Source of the DNA: Acidobacteriota bacterium | Lineage (GTDB): Bacteria > Acidobacteriota > Terriglobia > Bryobacterales > Bryobacteraceae | Direction of reading: 5' to 3' | Length of the DNA: 64,000 nucleotides | NCBI GenBank assembly: GCA_026393985.1 | Contig: JAPKZB010000080.1 | Coordinates: 71,584-135,583, forward strand | In this document: piece by piece, positions 18,024 to 28,500 of the stretch | Position numbering within the stretch: position 1 is the stretch's first letter | How the letters are laid out: every line of letters starts with the position of its first letter | Notes under the pieces: generated by a model | What the model was told of the DNA's origin: nothing | Database searches by the model: none | The model's input: only the letters and a program-made list of their open reading frames with translations | Translations under genes and position numbers: made by a program

Positions 18024-19191
18024 GCGGACGCATCTCCACGACGAGTGTCCGATCTTCGAGGCGGGCTCGGGCCGGTTCGAGCGCCGCCATCGAAGTGGGC
18101 AGGCCGACGTGGCGGCGGAGCGTGCCCACCTCGACCACGAGTTCGTCGCCCTTCTTGAACAGCCCGACCTCGCCCTTGACGGCGAACGGCAGCAGCAGGC
18201 GGACCTCATTCTTGCCAAACGAGTACGGCCGCTCGTCGCGCGTGACCCGCGCCGGGTCTTCGTCAGTGCTATAGAGCACTTCCGCCAACCGGTCCAGCCG
18301 GTCGAGGCCCATGACCTCTTCGGCAAACAGTGGCGCCTGCCGCAGCGGCACCGGATCGAAGTAGCCAGCCATCTCGCCGATTACCGCCGTCTGCGCCTCG
18401 CGCCAGCCCCGGAAGAAGCCGTCGGCTTCAGGCGGCAGCACGCGGTTGACAATGATGTTATCCACCGTGAGGCCGTGCAGCGAAAAGTAGACGAACGCCC
18501 GCTGCGTTTCGCGCATCACCATCCGTTCGGCGTTGGTGACCAGGCGGACGGAGGTGGCCTGCGGGTCTTCGAGCAGCTTGTCGATGCCCTCGATCCGACC
18601 GAAGAGTTCGAGCACGTTGGCGAAGTAGGAGTCGTTGGGCAACTCGACCGGCGAAAGCTTGTTGGCGATGGGCCGGATGGCTTTGAGCACGTTCCGCTCG
18701 ACCGTGAAGATGTGCTTCATGTACCACTCAAGAGTGGTCGGCATGGAGATGAAGCGCAGGCTTTCGGCCGTGGGCGCGCAGTCGAGCACGATGACATCGT
18801 AGCGCTCGTTGCGGCGGTACTGATTGACATACATCATGGCCGACAACTCCTCCATACCGGGCAGGATCGCCATCTCCTCGGCTTCGACGTCGGAGAGGCC
18901 GGAGGTGCGCAGGACACTGGTGACATAGCTTGAAATCTCGCGCCAGTGGCGCTTGATCTCGAGCTGGATGTTCACCTCCTGCACGTCGAGGTTGGGGCGA
19001 ACGGAGTAGGGGTCGGCCGTGGCGGCGTCGAACAGGCTGGTCTTGAGGGCGAAGGAGTCGGCGAGCGAGTGCGCCGGGTCGACGCTCATGACAAGGGTCC
19101 GGTAGCCGAGACGCGCCAGGTGCAGACCCGTGGCCGCCGCGACGGAGGTCTTGCCGACTCCGCCCTTACCGCTATAGAGCAATATGCGCAT
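18016..19191 (-). CDS. ArsA/GET3-family ATPase with C-terminal HSP20-like domain
   Basis: P-loop GKGGVGKT and the DPAHSL motif. Has a C-terminal beta-rich extension. Confidence 0.88.
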   Translation of the reverse strand: MRILLYSGKGGVGKTSVAAATGLHLARLGYRTLVMSVDPAHSLADSFALKTSLFDAATADPYSVRPNLDVQEVNIQLEIKRHWREISSYVTSVLRTSGLSDVEAEEMAILPGMEELSAMMYVNQYRRNERYDVIVLDCAPTAESLRFISMPTTLEWYMKHIFTVERNVLKAIRPIANKLSPVELPNDSYFANVLELFGRIEGIDKLLEDPQATSVRLVTNAERMVMRETQRAFVYFSLHGLTVDNIIVNRVLPPEADGFFRGWREAQTAVIGEMAGYFDPVPLRQAPLFAEEVMGLDRLDRLAEVLYSTDEDPARVTRDERPYSFGKNEVRLLLPFAVKGEVGLFKKGDELVVEVGTLRRHVGLPTSMAALEPARARLEDRTLVVEMRPLA

Positions 19192-19198
19192 GGGAGAA

Positions 19199-19915
19199 TC
19201 AGGACTTGCTGCGGACGGTGCCGAGGCCGCCGTCGACGCCGAAAGTCTGCCCGGTGATCCAGGCAGCCGCCGGCAGCAGCAGGAAAGCCATCATGGCGGC
19301 TACGTCCTCGGGTGCGCCGAGGCGGCCGAGCGGATGCATCGCCATCGAGGCTTTGGCGGCGGTCTCGTTGGCGGTAATCCGGGTGGTGAGCGGCGTAGCC
19401 GTCAGGCCCGGCGCCACGCAGTTGACGCGGATGTTGCGCGGGGCGTAGGTGGCCGCCGCCGACAGGGTCAGGCCGATGATGCCGGCCTTGGCCGCAGCAA
19501 TCGCTTCGTGGTTCTGCAGGCCCAGGCGGCCCGCCGCCGAGGAGACAAGCACGATGCTGCCGCCCGTGCTCATCATGGCCTTGGCGCCGGCGCGGAGAAC
19601 GTAGAAGGCGCTGTCGAGGTTGGTCCGCAACACCGCGGCCCACTCTTCGTCGGTGGTGATGTGCGCCGGTTTTAGCAGCAGGCTACCCACACAGTTCGCC
19701 ACCCCGTCCACGGCGCCTGCCTGCGCGAACGCATCGGCAACCTCGGCTGGCACCGTGGCGTCGGCCAACAGCGGAGGGGTGCCGAGTTCGCTCGACAGCA
19801 TCGCCAGCTTGTGCGGGTCCCGCCCCGAGGCAAATACCCGGTGGCCCGCCACCTGTAACTGCCGACAAAGCGTCGTACCGATGCCGCCGGTCGCGCCGAA
19901 GATGAGGTAGTTCAA
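19199..19915 (-). CDS. SDR family oxidoreductase
   Basis: GATGGIG Rossmann motif. The start is chosen at TTG 19915, which is preceded by AGGAGA and forms TTGA with the upstream stop. Confidence 0.85.
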   Translation of the reverse strand: MNYLIFGATGGIGTTLCRQLQVAGHRVFASGRDPHKLAMLSSELGTPPLLADATVPAEVADAFAQAGAVDGVANCVGSLLLKPAHITTDEEWAAVLRTNLDSAFYVLRAGAKAMMSTGGSIVLVSSAAGRLGLQNHEAIAAAKAGIIGLTLSAAATYAPRNIRVNCVAPGLTATPLTTRITANETAAKASMAMHPLGRLGAPEDVAAMMAFLLLPAAAWITGQTFGVDGGLGTVRSKS

Positions 19916-21477
19916 CGGGATCTCTCCTGCAAAGGAACCTGTTCGCCGGACGAGGGCGGCAGGGCGTCCTCCTCGGCCAGGTCCATCCGTTTCAGATTCT
20001 TGATCTGCAGTAGCATGCGCGGATTCTTCGCGAGCGCTTCGCGGTGGCGCTGCAGGTACTGCCAATACATAGTCGTGAAGGGGCACGCGGACTCGCCCTC
20101 GCGCTTGGCCGGGTCGAACTGGCATCCCGAGCAGTAGTTCGACATCTTGTCGATGTACTTGCCGGAGGCGACGTAGGGCTTCGACGCCATCACGCCCCCA
20201 TCGGCATACTGGCTCATGCCGACCGTGTTGGGTAGCTCCACCCACTCAACGGCATCGACATAGACGGCGAGATACCACTCGTGGACCTGCTTGGGATCGA
20301 TGCCGGCCAGCAGACAGTAAAGGCCGGTAACCATCAGACGTTGGATGTGGTGGGCGTAGCCGTAGTCAAGCGTCTGCCGCAGCGTATGCTTGAGACAGTT
20401 CATCTCGGTCTTCCCGGTCCAGAACCACTTGGGCAGCGGCTCGTGGGCCCCCATCTCGTTGCGGTCGGCGTACTCGGGCATGTAGCTCCAGTAAACGCCG
20501 CGCACATATTCGCGCCAGCCGAGAACCTGCCGGATGAAGCCTTCGGCCTGCGCCAGCGAAACCTTGCCCTCCCGGTAGGCCGCTTCGGCGGCCGTAACCA
20601 CCTTGCGGGGGTCGAGGAGCTTCAGGTTCATCGCCGCCGAGAGGCGCGAATGGTAGAGCCAGGGTTCGTTCGTCCACATGGCGTCCTGATACTGCCCGAA
20701 GTGCGGGAGACGGTGGGTGATGAAGTCGGCAAGGGCGGCGTCGGCCTGCTCCGCCGTCACCGGCCAGTCGAAGTTGTCGAGCGAGCCGGGGTGCCGGTTG
20801 AAGCGGAAATCGACCAGTTCGAGCACGTATTTGGTCGTGTTGTCCCGTTCGAAGCGGACCGGAGCGGGCAGCGGACCGGGGCCCGACTTCGGCAGGGAGC
20901 CGCGGTTCTCGACATCGTAGTTCCAACGGCCGCCCGCGGGTTGGCCGCCATCGAGCAGGACGCCGAACTTTCGGCGCATCTCGCGGTAGAAAAACTCCAT
21001 GCGCAGCTGCTTGCGCCCTTCGGCCCAGCGCTTGAACTCGTCCACGGAGCAGAAGAAGCTCCGGTCCTGGCGGATTTCGAGCCCGATACCAGCCTTCTTG
21101 GCCGCCTGCAGGAGTTCCCCCCGCACGCGGTAATCGCCGGGCTCAACCAGGATCAGTTTCGCCGGACGGAACTGCTCACAGGCCTTGATCAGCTCTTTGC
21201 GCAGCGAGTGCGAATTGTTGAAATCGTCCAGGCGCCGGTAGACTACGCAGTGCCCCTTCTGGGTTAGGCGCTGCTCAAAGTGCCGCATGGCCGAAAGGAA
21301 CAGCGCGATGCGCGCTTTGTGCGACCAGACGTGCGTGGACTCCTCAGCCACCTCCGCCATCCAAACGGCGTCTTTGTTCCGGTCGAAACCATCAAACGCT
21401 GACGAGTCATCGTTCAGTTGATCCCCCAGAACGATGACGAGATTTCGCATAAAGAAGCGGATGCGCGGCCCGGACAA
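19912..21477 (-). CDS. Cryptochrome/photolyase-family protein of the FeS-BCP (PhrB/CryB, COG3046) type
   Basis: N-terminus LVIVLGDQL and four Cys (MNCLKH, NYCSGC, ESACPF) positioned as in the [4Fe-4S] ligands. The start may be the Met at 21450. Confidence 0.85.
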   Translation of the reverse strand: MSGPRIRFFMRNLVIVLGDQLNDDSSAFDGFDRNKDAVWMAEVAEESTHVWSHKARIALFLSAMRHFEQRLTQKGHCVVYRRLDDFNNSHSLRKELIKACEQFRPAKLILVEPGDYRVRGELLQAAKKAGIGLEIRQDRSFFCSVDEFKRWAEGRKQLRMEFFYREMRRKFGVLLDGGQPAGGRWNYDVENRGSLPKSGPGPLPAPVRFERDNTTKYVLELVDFRFNRHPGSLDNFDWPVTAEQADAALADFITHRLPHFGQYQDAMWTNEPWLYHSRLSAAMNLKLLDPRKVVTAAEAAYREGKVSLAQAEGFIRQVLGWREYVRGVYWSYMPEYADRNEMGAHEPLPKWFWTGKTEMNCLKHTLRQTLDYGYAHHIQRLMVTGLYCLLAGIDPKQVHEWYLAVYVDAVEWVELPNTVGMSQYADGGVMASKPYVASGKYIDKMSNYCSGCQFDPAKREGESACPFTTMYWQYLQRHREALAKNPRMLLQIKNLKRMDLAEEDALPPSSGEQVPLQERSR

Positions 21478-21496
21478 AAAGCGGTAAAGTTTTCAC

Positions 21497-22462
21497 GTGG
21501 CCAATAATCTTCGCTGGGGAGTTCTCAGCACCTCTAAGTTCTTTCTGACCAAAGTTCTACCCGCCCTGACGCACTGCCGAACCGCCCGCCTGGAGGCCAT
21601 CGGCTCGGCCCAGGTGGCCAAGGCCGAGACGCTGGGGATTCCCCGCGTTTTCGACTCCTATGCCGGCGTTCTGAACGACCCGGCAATCGATGCCGTCTAC
21701 ATCCCTCTACCCAACCATTTGCACGTCGAATGGGCCGCCGCGGCCGCTCGCGCCGGCAAACACGTGCTCTGCGAAAAGCCCCTCGCCATGAACGTGGCCG
21801 AAGCCGAGCATCTGGCCACCGTACAACAGGAGTGCGGCGTGCAGATCGGCGAGGCATTCATGGTCGCCACCCATCCGCAGTGGCTGCAGGTGCGGGAGTG
21901 GGTCCGCGTGGGAAAAATCGGCCAGTTGCGCGCCATTCAGGGCTTTTTCAGCTATCACAACGTCGATCCGGCGAATATCCGGAACAAAGTGGAGGCTGGG
22001 GGCGGGGCACTGATGGACATCGGCTGCTACCCGATCTTCACTTCGCGCTTCGTCAGCGAACGGGAACCGATGCGCGTACTCGGCGTCGTCGAACGGGATC
22101 CGGTCTTCGGCACCGACCGGTTGACCTCCGCCCTGCTCGACTTCGACAGCCTGCAGGCCAGTTTCACCTGCTCGACGCAGCTTCATCCGTACCAGAAGAT
22201 GCATTTCTACGGCACCGCGGGGCACATTGAAGTGGAGATTCCCTTCAACGCCCCCCCGGACCGGCCCAGCCGCATCTTCCTGAACGGCGAGCCCACCGAG
22301 CTGCCCGTCTTGGACCAGTACACCGTCGAGTTCGATGCGTTTTCCGAGGCCGTGCTGGCCGGCACGCCGGTTCCAGTGCCGGCGGCGCAGGCGGTGAACA
22401 ACATGCGGGTAATCGAGGGCGTCTTCCGGTCAGCTGCCGCAAGCGGATGGGTCCGGCTGTGA
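21497..22462 (+). CDS. Gfo/Idh/MocA family oxidoreductase
   Basis: N-terminal Rossmann fold and the CEKPLA motif. Confidence 0.85.
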   Translation: MANNLRWGVLSTSKFFLTKVLPALTHCRTARLEAIGSAQVAKAETLGIPRVFDSYAGVLNDPAIDAVYIPLPNHLHVEWAAAAARAGKHVLCEKPLAMNVAEAEHLATVQQECGVQIGEAFMVATHPQWLQVREWVRVGKIGQLRAIQGFFSYHNVDPANIRNKVEAGGGALMDIGCYPIFTSRFVSEREPMRVLGVVERDPVFGTDRLTSALLDFDSLQASFTCSTQLHPYQKMHFYGTAGHIEVEIPFNAPPDRPSRIFLNGEPTELPVLDQYTVEFDAFSEAVLAGTPVPVPAAQAVNNMRVIEGVFRSAAASGWVRL

Positions 22463-22767
22463 GCCCCAAAACAAAACTTCTGATCCTTTTTTTATGTGCG
22501 CTGCCCGGATACGCACTGGTCGCCTGGTTCTCCCTGTCGATACTGCGCATCGGCGCGGTGTCGTTCGGCGTCTTCAGCGTGTTGGTGGCGTGTGGCTATG
22601 CGTTCTGGCTGGCCGGAGCAGCGCGGGAGTATGCCGAGTCGCCGGAGCCCCTCACGCCCGAGGCCCGGCGCATGGGCGAGGAGGCGCTGGCGCGCCTGCG
22701 GGCCAAACAGGCCGCGCGCAGCCCTCAAGCCGCGGACGGCGGCACCCCGCGCGCGACGAAATCGTAG
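22447..22767 (+). CDS. Hypothetical small membrane protein
   Basis: Two predicted TM helices. An alternative GTG start at 22459 overlaps the upstream stop. Confidence 0.5.
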   Translation: MGPAVSPKTKLLILFLCALPGYALVAWFSLSILRIGAVSFGVFSVLVACGYAFWLAGAAREYAESPEPLTPEARRMGEEALARLRAKQAARSPQAADGGTPRATKS

Positions 22768-23201
22768 CGCAGATCAATCCGGTCGAAGCCATGCCGGTAG
22801 CCCTCCGGCCACTCGGCGATCCGTTCAAATCCGCAATGTTCGAAAAAGGGTGCGATGGCGGGGGTCGTATCAACGGCCACATAACGGGGCGCCCGCCGCG
22901 CTGCGGCAATCCTGGTAAGACGGAACTCGAGCAGGCGCCGCCCGAGACCGCGGCCGTGGTGGGCGCGGTCTACCATACCAAAAACGAGGTACGCCACGTT
23001 GGCGAATTCGGCAATCTCAAAGCCGCCGAAGCCGAGGATTGCCTCCTTTTCCGTCAGGACAAATAGCGGGCAGTGGACCTCGCGGAGAACCTGTTTGAGC
23101 CAGGGCTCTTCGCCCGCCGCAAAGTAGTCGGGAACATTGCTGCGAAACACGCGCAGTACGGCCTGCCGGTCAGCGGAACGGTAGCGGCGGAAACGGAGCA
23201 T
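22725..23201 (-). CDS. GNAT family N-acetyltransferase
   Basis: Acetyl-CoA binding motif HHGRGLGRRLLE. Confidence 0.8.
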   Translation of the reverse strand: MLRFRRYRSADRQAVLRVFRSNVPDYFAAGEEPWLKQVLREVHCPLFVLTEKEAILGFGGFEIAEFANVAYLVFGMVDRAHHGRGLGRRLLEFRLTRIAAARRAPRYVAVDTTPAIAPFFEHCGFERIAEWPEGYRHGFDRIDLRYDFVARGVPPSAA

Positions 23202-23237
23202 TCACTCAGGGTAACGAAGGCGCGCCACCATCGGGGA

Positions 23238-24422
23238 ATGGCGGATAATCGAGCGATGGAATGGACCAGACGCGCGCTTTTGGCCTCGGGATCGAGCCAC
23301 CTGTTCGGCCGAGCCAAGCCGAAGATCAGGGGATGTATCCTGTGGCCGGTGCGCGCGACCTCCCGAACCGTCTGGTTGGTCGTCCAACTGCATACCGACA
23401 GCGGCATCAGCGGTCTCGGTGAGGCCTCCGACGCGTTCGGATTCGCCTCCACCTCCGCCGCCCAGGCGCGCGAGATGGAGCAGGCGCTCGCCGCCTTCGC
23501 CAACCTGGTTAAAGGCCGTTCGCCCCTTGAAATCGCCGCCTACCGCGAAGCCGCCGCGCCGCTGGCGCGGGCCGGCGGACTGCTCGCCGCGACCGCCTAC
23601 AGCGCCATCGAACAGGCCCTCTGGGACCTGGCCGGACAGACGCTGGGCGTCCCCACCCATAGCCTGTTTGGAGGCGCCATCCGGCAACGGATTCCCCTCT
23701 ATGCCAACATCAACCGCGCCACGACCGACCGCTCTCCGGCCGGCTTTGCCGCCTCCGCGCGCCAAGCCGTGGCCGAAGGCTACAAGGCCTTGAAAGCCGC
23801 GCCCTGGGATGGCTATCTCAGGATCTCGGCCAGCCAGGGGATAGACTGCACCCGGGCCATCCGGGAGGCCGTAGGGCCGGCGATTGACGTGATGGTGGAT
23901 GCGCACAGCAACTTCACCGTCGCCGAATCCGTGCGCGTCGCCCGGGAGTTGGAACCGGCCCGGCTGCGGTGGTACGAGGAGCCTGTTGCCCCAACGCGGG
24001 TAGCGGAGACGGTGGAAATCGCCCGCCAGATCCGCCAACCGCTTGCCGGCGGCGAGTTCCTGTTCGGCGTAAGCGGATTTCTGCCGCTTTGCCAGGAAAA
24101 AGCGGTGGCCATCATCATGCCGGACGTAAAGCATTGCGGCGGCCTGCTTGAAATGACCCATATCGCCGCCATGGCCGGCGCGCACGGAGTCTCGGTCGCC
24201 CCCCATAACCCCAGCGGCCCGGTGGCCACCACGGCCAGCCTGCACGCCATCGCCGGGCTCGGCAACTGCGAGATTCTCGAGCTGCAATGGGGCGAAGTGG
24301 CTTGGCGAGGAGAGTTGCTCGGTCCACCGGAACGGGTCACCGCCGGACAGATGGAGATCCCGCAGCGCCCCGGCTTCGGGATCTCCTGGAACGAAAAACT
24401 GGCTAGCCGCTACCGGCTCTAG
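23238..24422 (+). CDS. Mandelate racemase/muconate lactonizing enzyme (enolase superfamily) protein with Tat-like N-terminus
   Basis: GISGLGEA capping domain and a barrel with the DAHSNF, EEP and MPD metal-ligand pattern. The start is set after the divergent GNAT gene (alternative 23256). Confidence 0.85.
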   Translation: MADNRAMEWTRRALLASGSSHLFGRAKPKIRGCILWPVRATSRTVWLVVQLHTDSGISGLGEASDAFGFASTSAAQAREMEQALAAFANLVKGRSPLEIAAYREAAAPLARAGGLLAATAYSAIEQALWDLAGQTLGVPTHSLFGGAIRQRIPLYANINRATTDRSPAGFAASARQAVAEGYKALKAAPWDGYLRISASQGIDCTRAIREAVGPAIDVMVDAHSNFTVAESVRVARELEPARLRWYEEPVAPTRVAETVEIARQIRQPLAGGEFLFGVSGFLPLCQEKAVAIIMPDVKHCGGLLEMTHIAAMAGAHGVSVAPHNPSGPVATTASLHAIAGLGNCEILELQWGEVAWRGELLGPPERVTAGQMEIPQRPGFGISWNEKLASRYRL

Positions 24423-25501
24423 CGCTGGATACGCGCCGAACCACCCTTAGCCAGAGCGCGCACCTGCTCGACGGTGGCCATGGTCGTATCGCCGGGGAAG
24501 GTGGTGAGCAGGGCGCCATGGGCCCAGCCGAGCCGGACGCACTCCTCCGGCTCCTCGCCGGAGAGCATGCCGAAGATCAGGCCGGCCGCAAACCCGTCGC
24601 CGCCGCCGACACGGTCCACGACGTCGAGTTCACAGGTCGGCGAGACATAGGTTTTGCCATCAATCCAGGCCACTGCACCCCAGCTATGCCGGTTCGTCGA
24701 GTGGACTTCGCGCAGCGTCGTCGCCACTACCTTGATTTGCGGATGCTGCTCCCGCACCCGGTCAATCATTCCGAAGAAGGTCGACGGGTCCAGCTTAGAG
24801 GTGGCGGCCACCTCCGGCCCGGGAATACCCAAACCGAGTTGCAGATCCTCTTCGTTGCCGATCAGCACATCGACATTTTTGACAATGCGGCCAATCACTT
24901 CGAGCGCGCGCTCGTGCCCCCCGAGGATGTTCCACAGCTTGGCGCGGTAGTTGAGATCGAGGGAGACGATCGCCCCGGCTCGCCGGGCCGCTTCCATACC
25001 TTCGATGATCAGTTCCGGGGTCGACTTGGACAACGCGGCAAAGATACCGCCGCTGTGGAACCAGCGCACGCCGCCGGCGAAGATGTGATCCCAGTCAAAA
25101 TCGCCCGGCTTCAACTGCGCCGCCGCCTCGTTTGAGCGGTTGTAGAAGACCACCGGCGCGCGCATACCCTGTCCCCGGTCGCTGTACACGGTAGCCATGT
25201 TCGGACCGTGCACCCCGTCGTGCTTGAAGCGCTTGTAGAAGGACTTAACCCCCATCGCCTTGACGCGCTCGGCGATCAACTCCCCGATGGGGTAATCGAC
25301 CATGGCCGACGCGACGCCCGTGTGGAGCCCGAAGCAGTCAGCAAGGTTGGCCGCGACGTTGAATTCGCCGCCGCTTACATGGATATGACACTCGGTAGCC
25401 TTGCGGAAGGGAATAACTCCCGGATCGAGGCGATGAATCAGTGCGCCAAGCGCAAGAAAATCTAGAGCGCCGTCCGGACGAATGGAAAGACCGTATTTCA
25501 T
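24419..25501 (-). CDS. PfkB-family sugar kinase (2-keto-3-deoxygluconate kinase-like)
   Basis: GGEFNVA N-terminal motif and the C-terminal GGGDGFAAG motif. Confidence 0.85.
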   Translation of the reverse strand: MKYGLSIRPDGALDFLALGALIHRLDPGVIPFRKATECHIHVSGGEFNVAANLADCFGLHTGVASAMVDYPIGELIAERVKAMGVKSFYKRFKHDGVHGPNMATVYSDRGQGMRAPVVFYNRSNEAAAQLKPGDFDWDHIFAGGVRWFHSGGIFAALSKSTPELIIEGMEAARRAGAIVSLDLNYRAKLWNILGGHERALEVIGRIVKNVDVLIGNEEDLQLGLGIPGPEVAATSKLDPSTFFGMIDRVREQHPQIKVVATTLREVHSTNRHSWGAVAWIDGKTYVSPTCELDVVDRVGGGDGFAAGLIFGMLSGEEPEECVRLGWAHGALLTTFPGDTTMATVEQVRALAKGGSARIQR

Positions 25502-25561
25502 AGACGTGAAACCAGTTTATAACGGCCGGCCTTGCTGTTGAGGCAGACCGGCCGTCAAAAT

Positions 25562-28500
25562 TTAGCGAACCGCTATGGTGGTCTGAATCGGCGTTCCGCC
25601 CCCGCGGTTGGAGTTGCTGGGAATTCCCAGATGCAGAATGGCGACAACGATACTGTTGCCGGGCGGGACCGATTCAGGGACTTTCACATTGAGCTGCCAC
25701 ACCCCGACAAAGCCCGGCGCCAGACCCGAGAAAAGCACCTCGCCATCGGTCGTATTGACGATCACCCGCGGACGCAACGGAGTCGAGACGAGCCGGTTGG
25801 TCGGCGCGGGAACCCCATCGGGCGGAGCATCGGGCAGAAAGCCCTGCCCGGTGGCATAGAGTTGGATCACCTTGCCGCGCCCCACCGGATTCGAGGCCGA
25901 ATTCACGGTGTTGTCTTCGTTCAAGGCCGCAATCTGGCCCCGGCCGTTCTGCGTCGTCGTGAAGAATCCGGGCGTAGCCACCGCCGCCGGGAGGGTGGAA
26001 CTGGCCAGAATCTGCCCAGTGGACTTCTTCTGCACCAACACATCGATCGTGCCCGAAGTGGGCGTACTCATCGGAACGTAGAAGTTGATGATGGTCGGGG
26101 ACAAGTAATATAAGGGGGCCGCCACCCCGTTGACGAGCACCTCGACGTCGTCCATTTCCTTCGGTACGGGGACGGTCGAGAACGTCATCGTCTTTTCGGT
26201 GAAGCGAATGCCCAAGGGCGCCATGGTCGCCACCAGGCCTGGCGAAAGGTCGCGGTCCAGATAATGCGCCGCGCTGATCGCTACCAGGCGCGCGTAATGG
26301 AACGCCAGTCGATTGGTCCCATCCGCCACCACCAGATTGTCAAACGGATCAAGCGCCAAGGCCACCGGGGACGGAGCGTCCAAACGGAAATTTGCCAGGG
26401 GATTAAAGATCAAAAGGTCAAAACGCGGAAAGCGCACCAGCCGATTGTTCTGCCCATCGGCAACCCAGACCTCGCCGGTTCGCTCGCTGACCGTGATCGC
26501 CTGCGGATTCCGCAGATTGTCATTGGCTGTCAACGTCGAACGTAGAACCAGCACCGGAGCAGGATCGTTAGCCGCCGCCGTCACCCGGTCGAAGATCACG
26601 ATCCGGCTTTTCCCCATATCGCAAACATACACCCGGTCATCAGTATCCATCGCCATGTGTCCGGGGACGTTGAACCGGTTATCGGCATCGGCAGCACTCT
26701 GGGAAGTGAAGTCGCGCTGGCCAAACACCGTATCGGCGGCTTGGCCATTGGTAAAGTCACGGTTAGCCGGGCGGCGGAAGTACAACAGGCGGTTCAGCGC
26801 CGAGTCCGACACGATCAAATGACCGTCAATGGTGAGGGCAACTCCGTAGGGAGATCGCATGTTAGTCCGTGTGGGGTCGGTCAGCTTTATGTTGAAGCTG
26901 CTTTGGCCAATGACGAGGCTCGCCCGCTGCTGCCGGTCGCCGGGCCGATCAAAGGGGCGGGCAAATCGCAGTACCCGCCCGTTGCCGGTGTCGGCAACCC
27001 ACAGGTTCCCCTGGGCATCGGTGATCACCCCGGTCGGATTAAAAAGACCGGTATCATTCTGCACGTCCGGATCATTAGCTGGCGAGTTCACCACGGCCGA
27101 AAACCGATCCGCCTGTCCGATGATGATATCAGCCAAATCACCGGGCTTCACCGTCAGCGCATTAGCAAAACCCAAAATGCGGTTGTTCCCCGAATCCGCC
27201 ACGTAGAGCCGCGGCGGCGAGCTGGTGCGGTCAATGGTCACGCCGCCACTCAGAATGGCCCGGCCTCCATTGTTGGGAAGATCGAACAGGCCAGTGACGG
27301 TGAACAGTTCCCTCCCCTCGATCAGATTCCTGGAGTTGTAGGTCATCGCCAACTGCCCCTGAACCCGCACCGCCGGCTGCAGGTTATTCTGACTGATCGG
27401 AATAATCAACAGCCGATGATTCGCCGAATCACAAAGATAAAGGTCCGTACCCGCCACCGCCGCGGCGGCGGTCGGACGGAAAAACGAGGACTCCGTCGCC
27501 GACCGCCCGCCCCGGTTCGCCTTGAAACTCAACAGATCGGGCTGTCCGAAAACCGCCCGGGCTGGAGGCGAGGGGACAAGCAAAGTCTCCTCTGCCCAGG
27601 ACTCAAACGGGTCGTAGCGCACAATCCGGTTGACCACCGTGTCGACAACAAACAACGAGTTATTGACAACAAACAGTCCCTCCGGCGTCTCCAAGGAGTA
27701 CTCATTGACGGGTGGCCGGGGCGGCTGCCCCTGAACGTTCACCACCACCCCGATCACCCGGCTGGCCGCCAACCCCGTACGCAAGGAACCGGAGTACACC
27801 AACACCCGGCCTACTTGGTCCCCGACAAAAAGCCTTCCCCCACCATCGAGAGCCAACGTGCCGGGAAAGCGCAACCCAGTCTTGTGTAACGGACCAAGTT
27901 GGCCCAAGTCAAACGTGTTCCGCGAGCTGAAATCCCCTTGCCCCAGCACGAGGTCAGCCTCCGGGTTGTTCCCCGAACCCTGCGCCAGAGCGGCGACCGG
28001 GTACCGGAGAACCCGGTGGTTCCCGGGATCGGTCACCCACAAATTCCCCTGCGGATCAAACAGAATCGCCACTCGGTAGCTGATACCATCGCGCCGAAAA
28101 GCCAAACTCTTAGCGGAAGCGTTCAGCTCATTTTGGTTTGGAAAATTCGAGGTGAAGTTGCTCTGCCCAATTACAAAATCGGGCTGAATGAGATCCCCGG
28201 TCTGCTGCGCCGGCCGCGGAAAACGCAAAATCCGGTTGTTCCCGGTATCGGCGACATAAAGATTACCGCTTCGATCCACCGCCAGCCCGGTCGGCGAGGT
28301 GAACCCGATCGAAATCGCGGTCCCGGGCCCCCCGGCAAACGTCGTCACCAGATCCCGTTGCCCGATCACCCCGTCCGCCATCTGGGCGTTGGCGCTCCGG
28401 GCGTTGCGCCAGAACAGGACGCGGTTGTTTCCCGTGTCGGCTACGTAGGTAAGCGGCGGGTTGACACTCGTATCCACCGCCACGCCGCTCGGGGTATTCA

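Noticed and set aside
16836-18326. 496-aa version of nagA.
   Set aside because: The upstream 100 codons lie inside the ArsA-like gene in another frame and are Arg/Ser/Trp-rich. A TTG at 18023 gives a normal 395-aa NagA.
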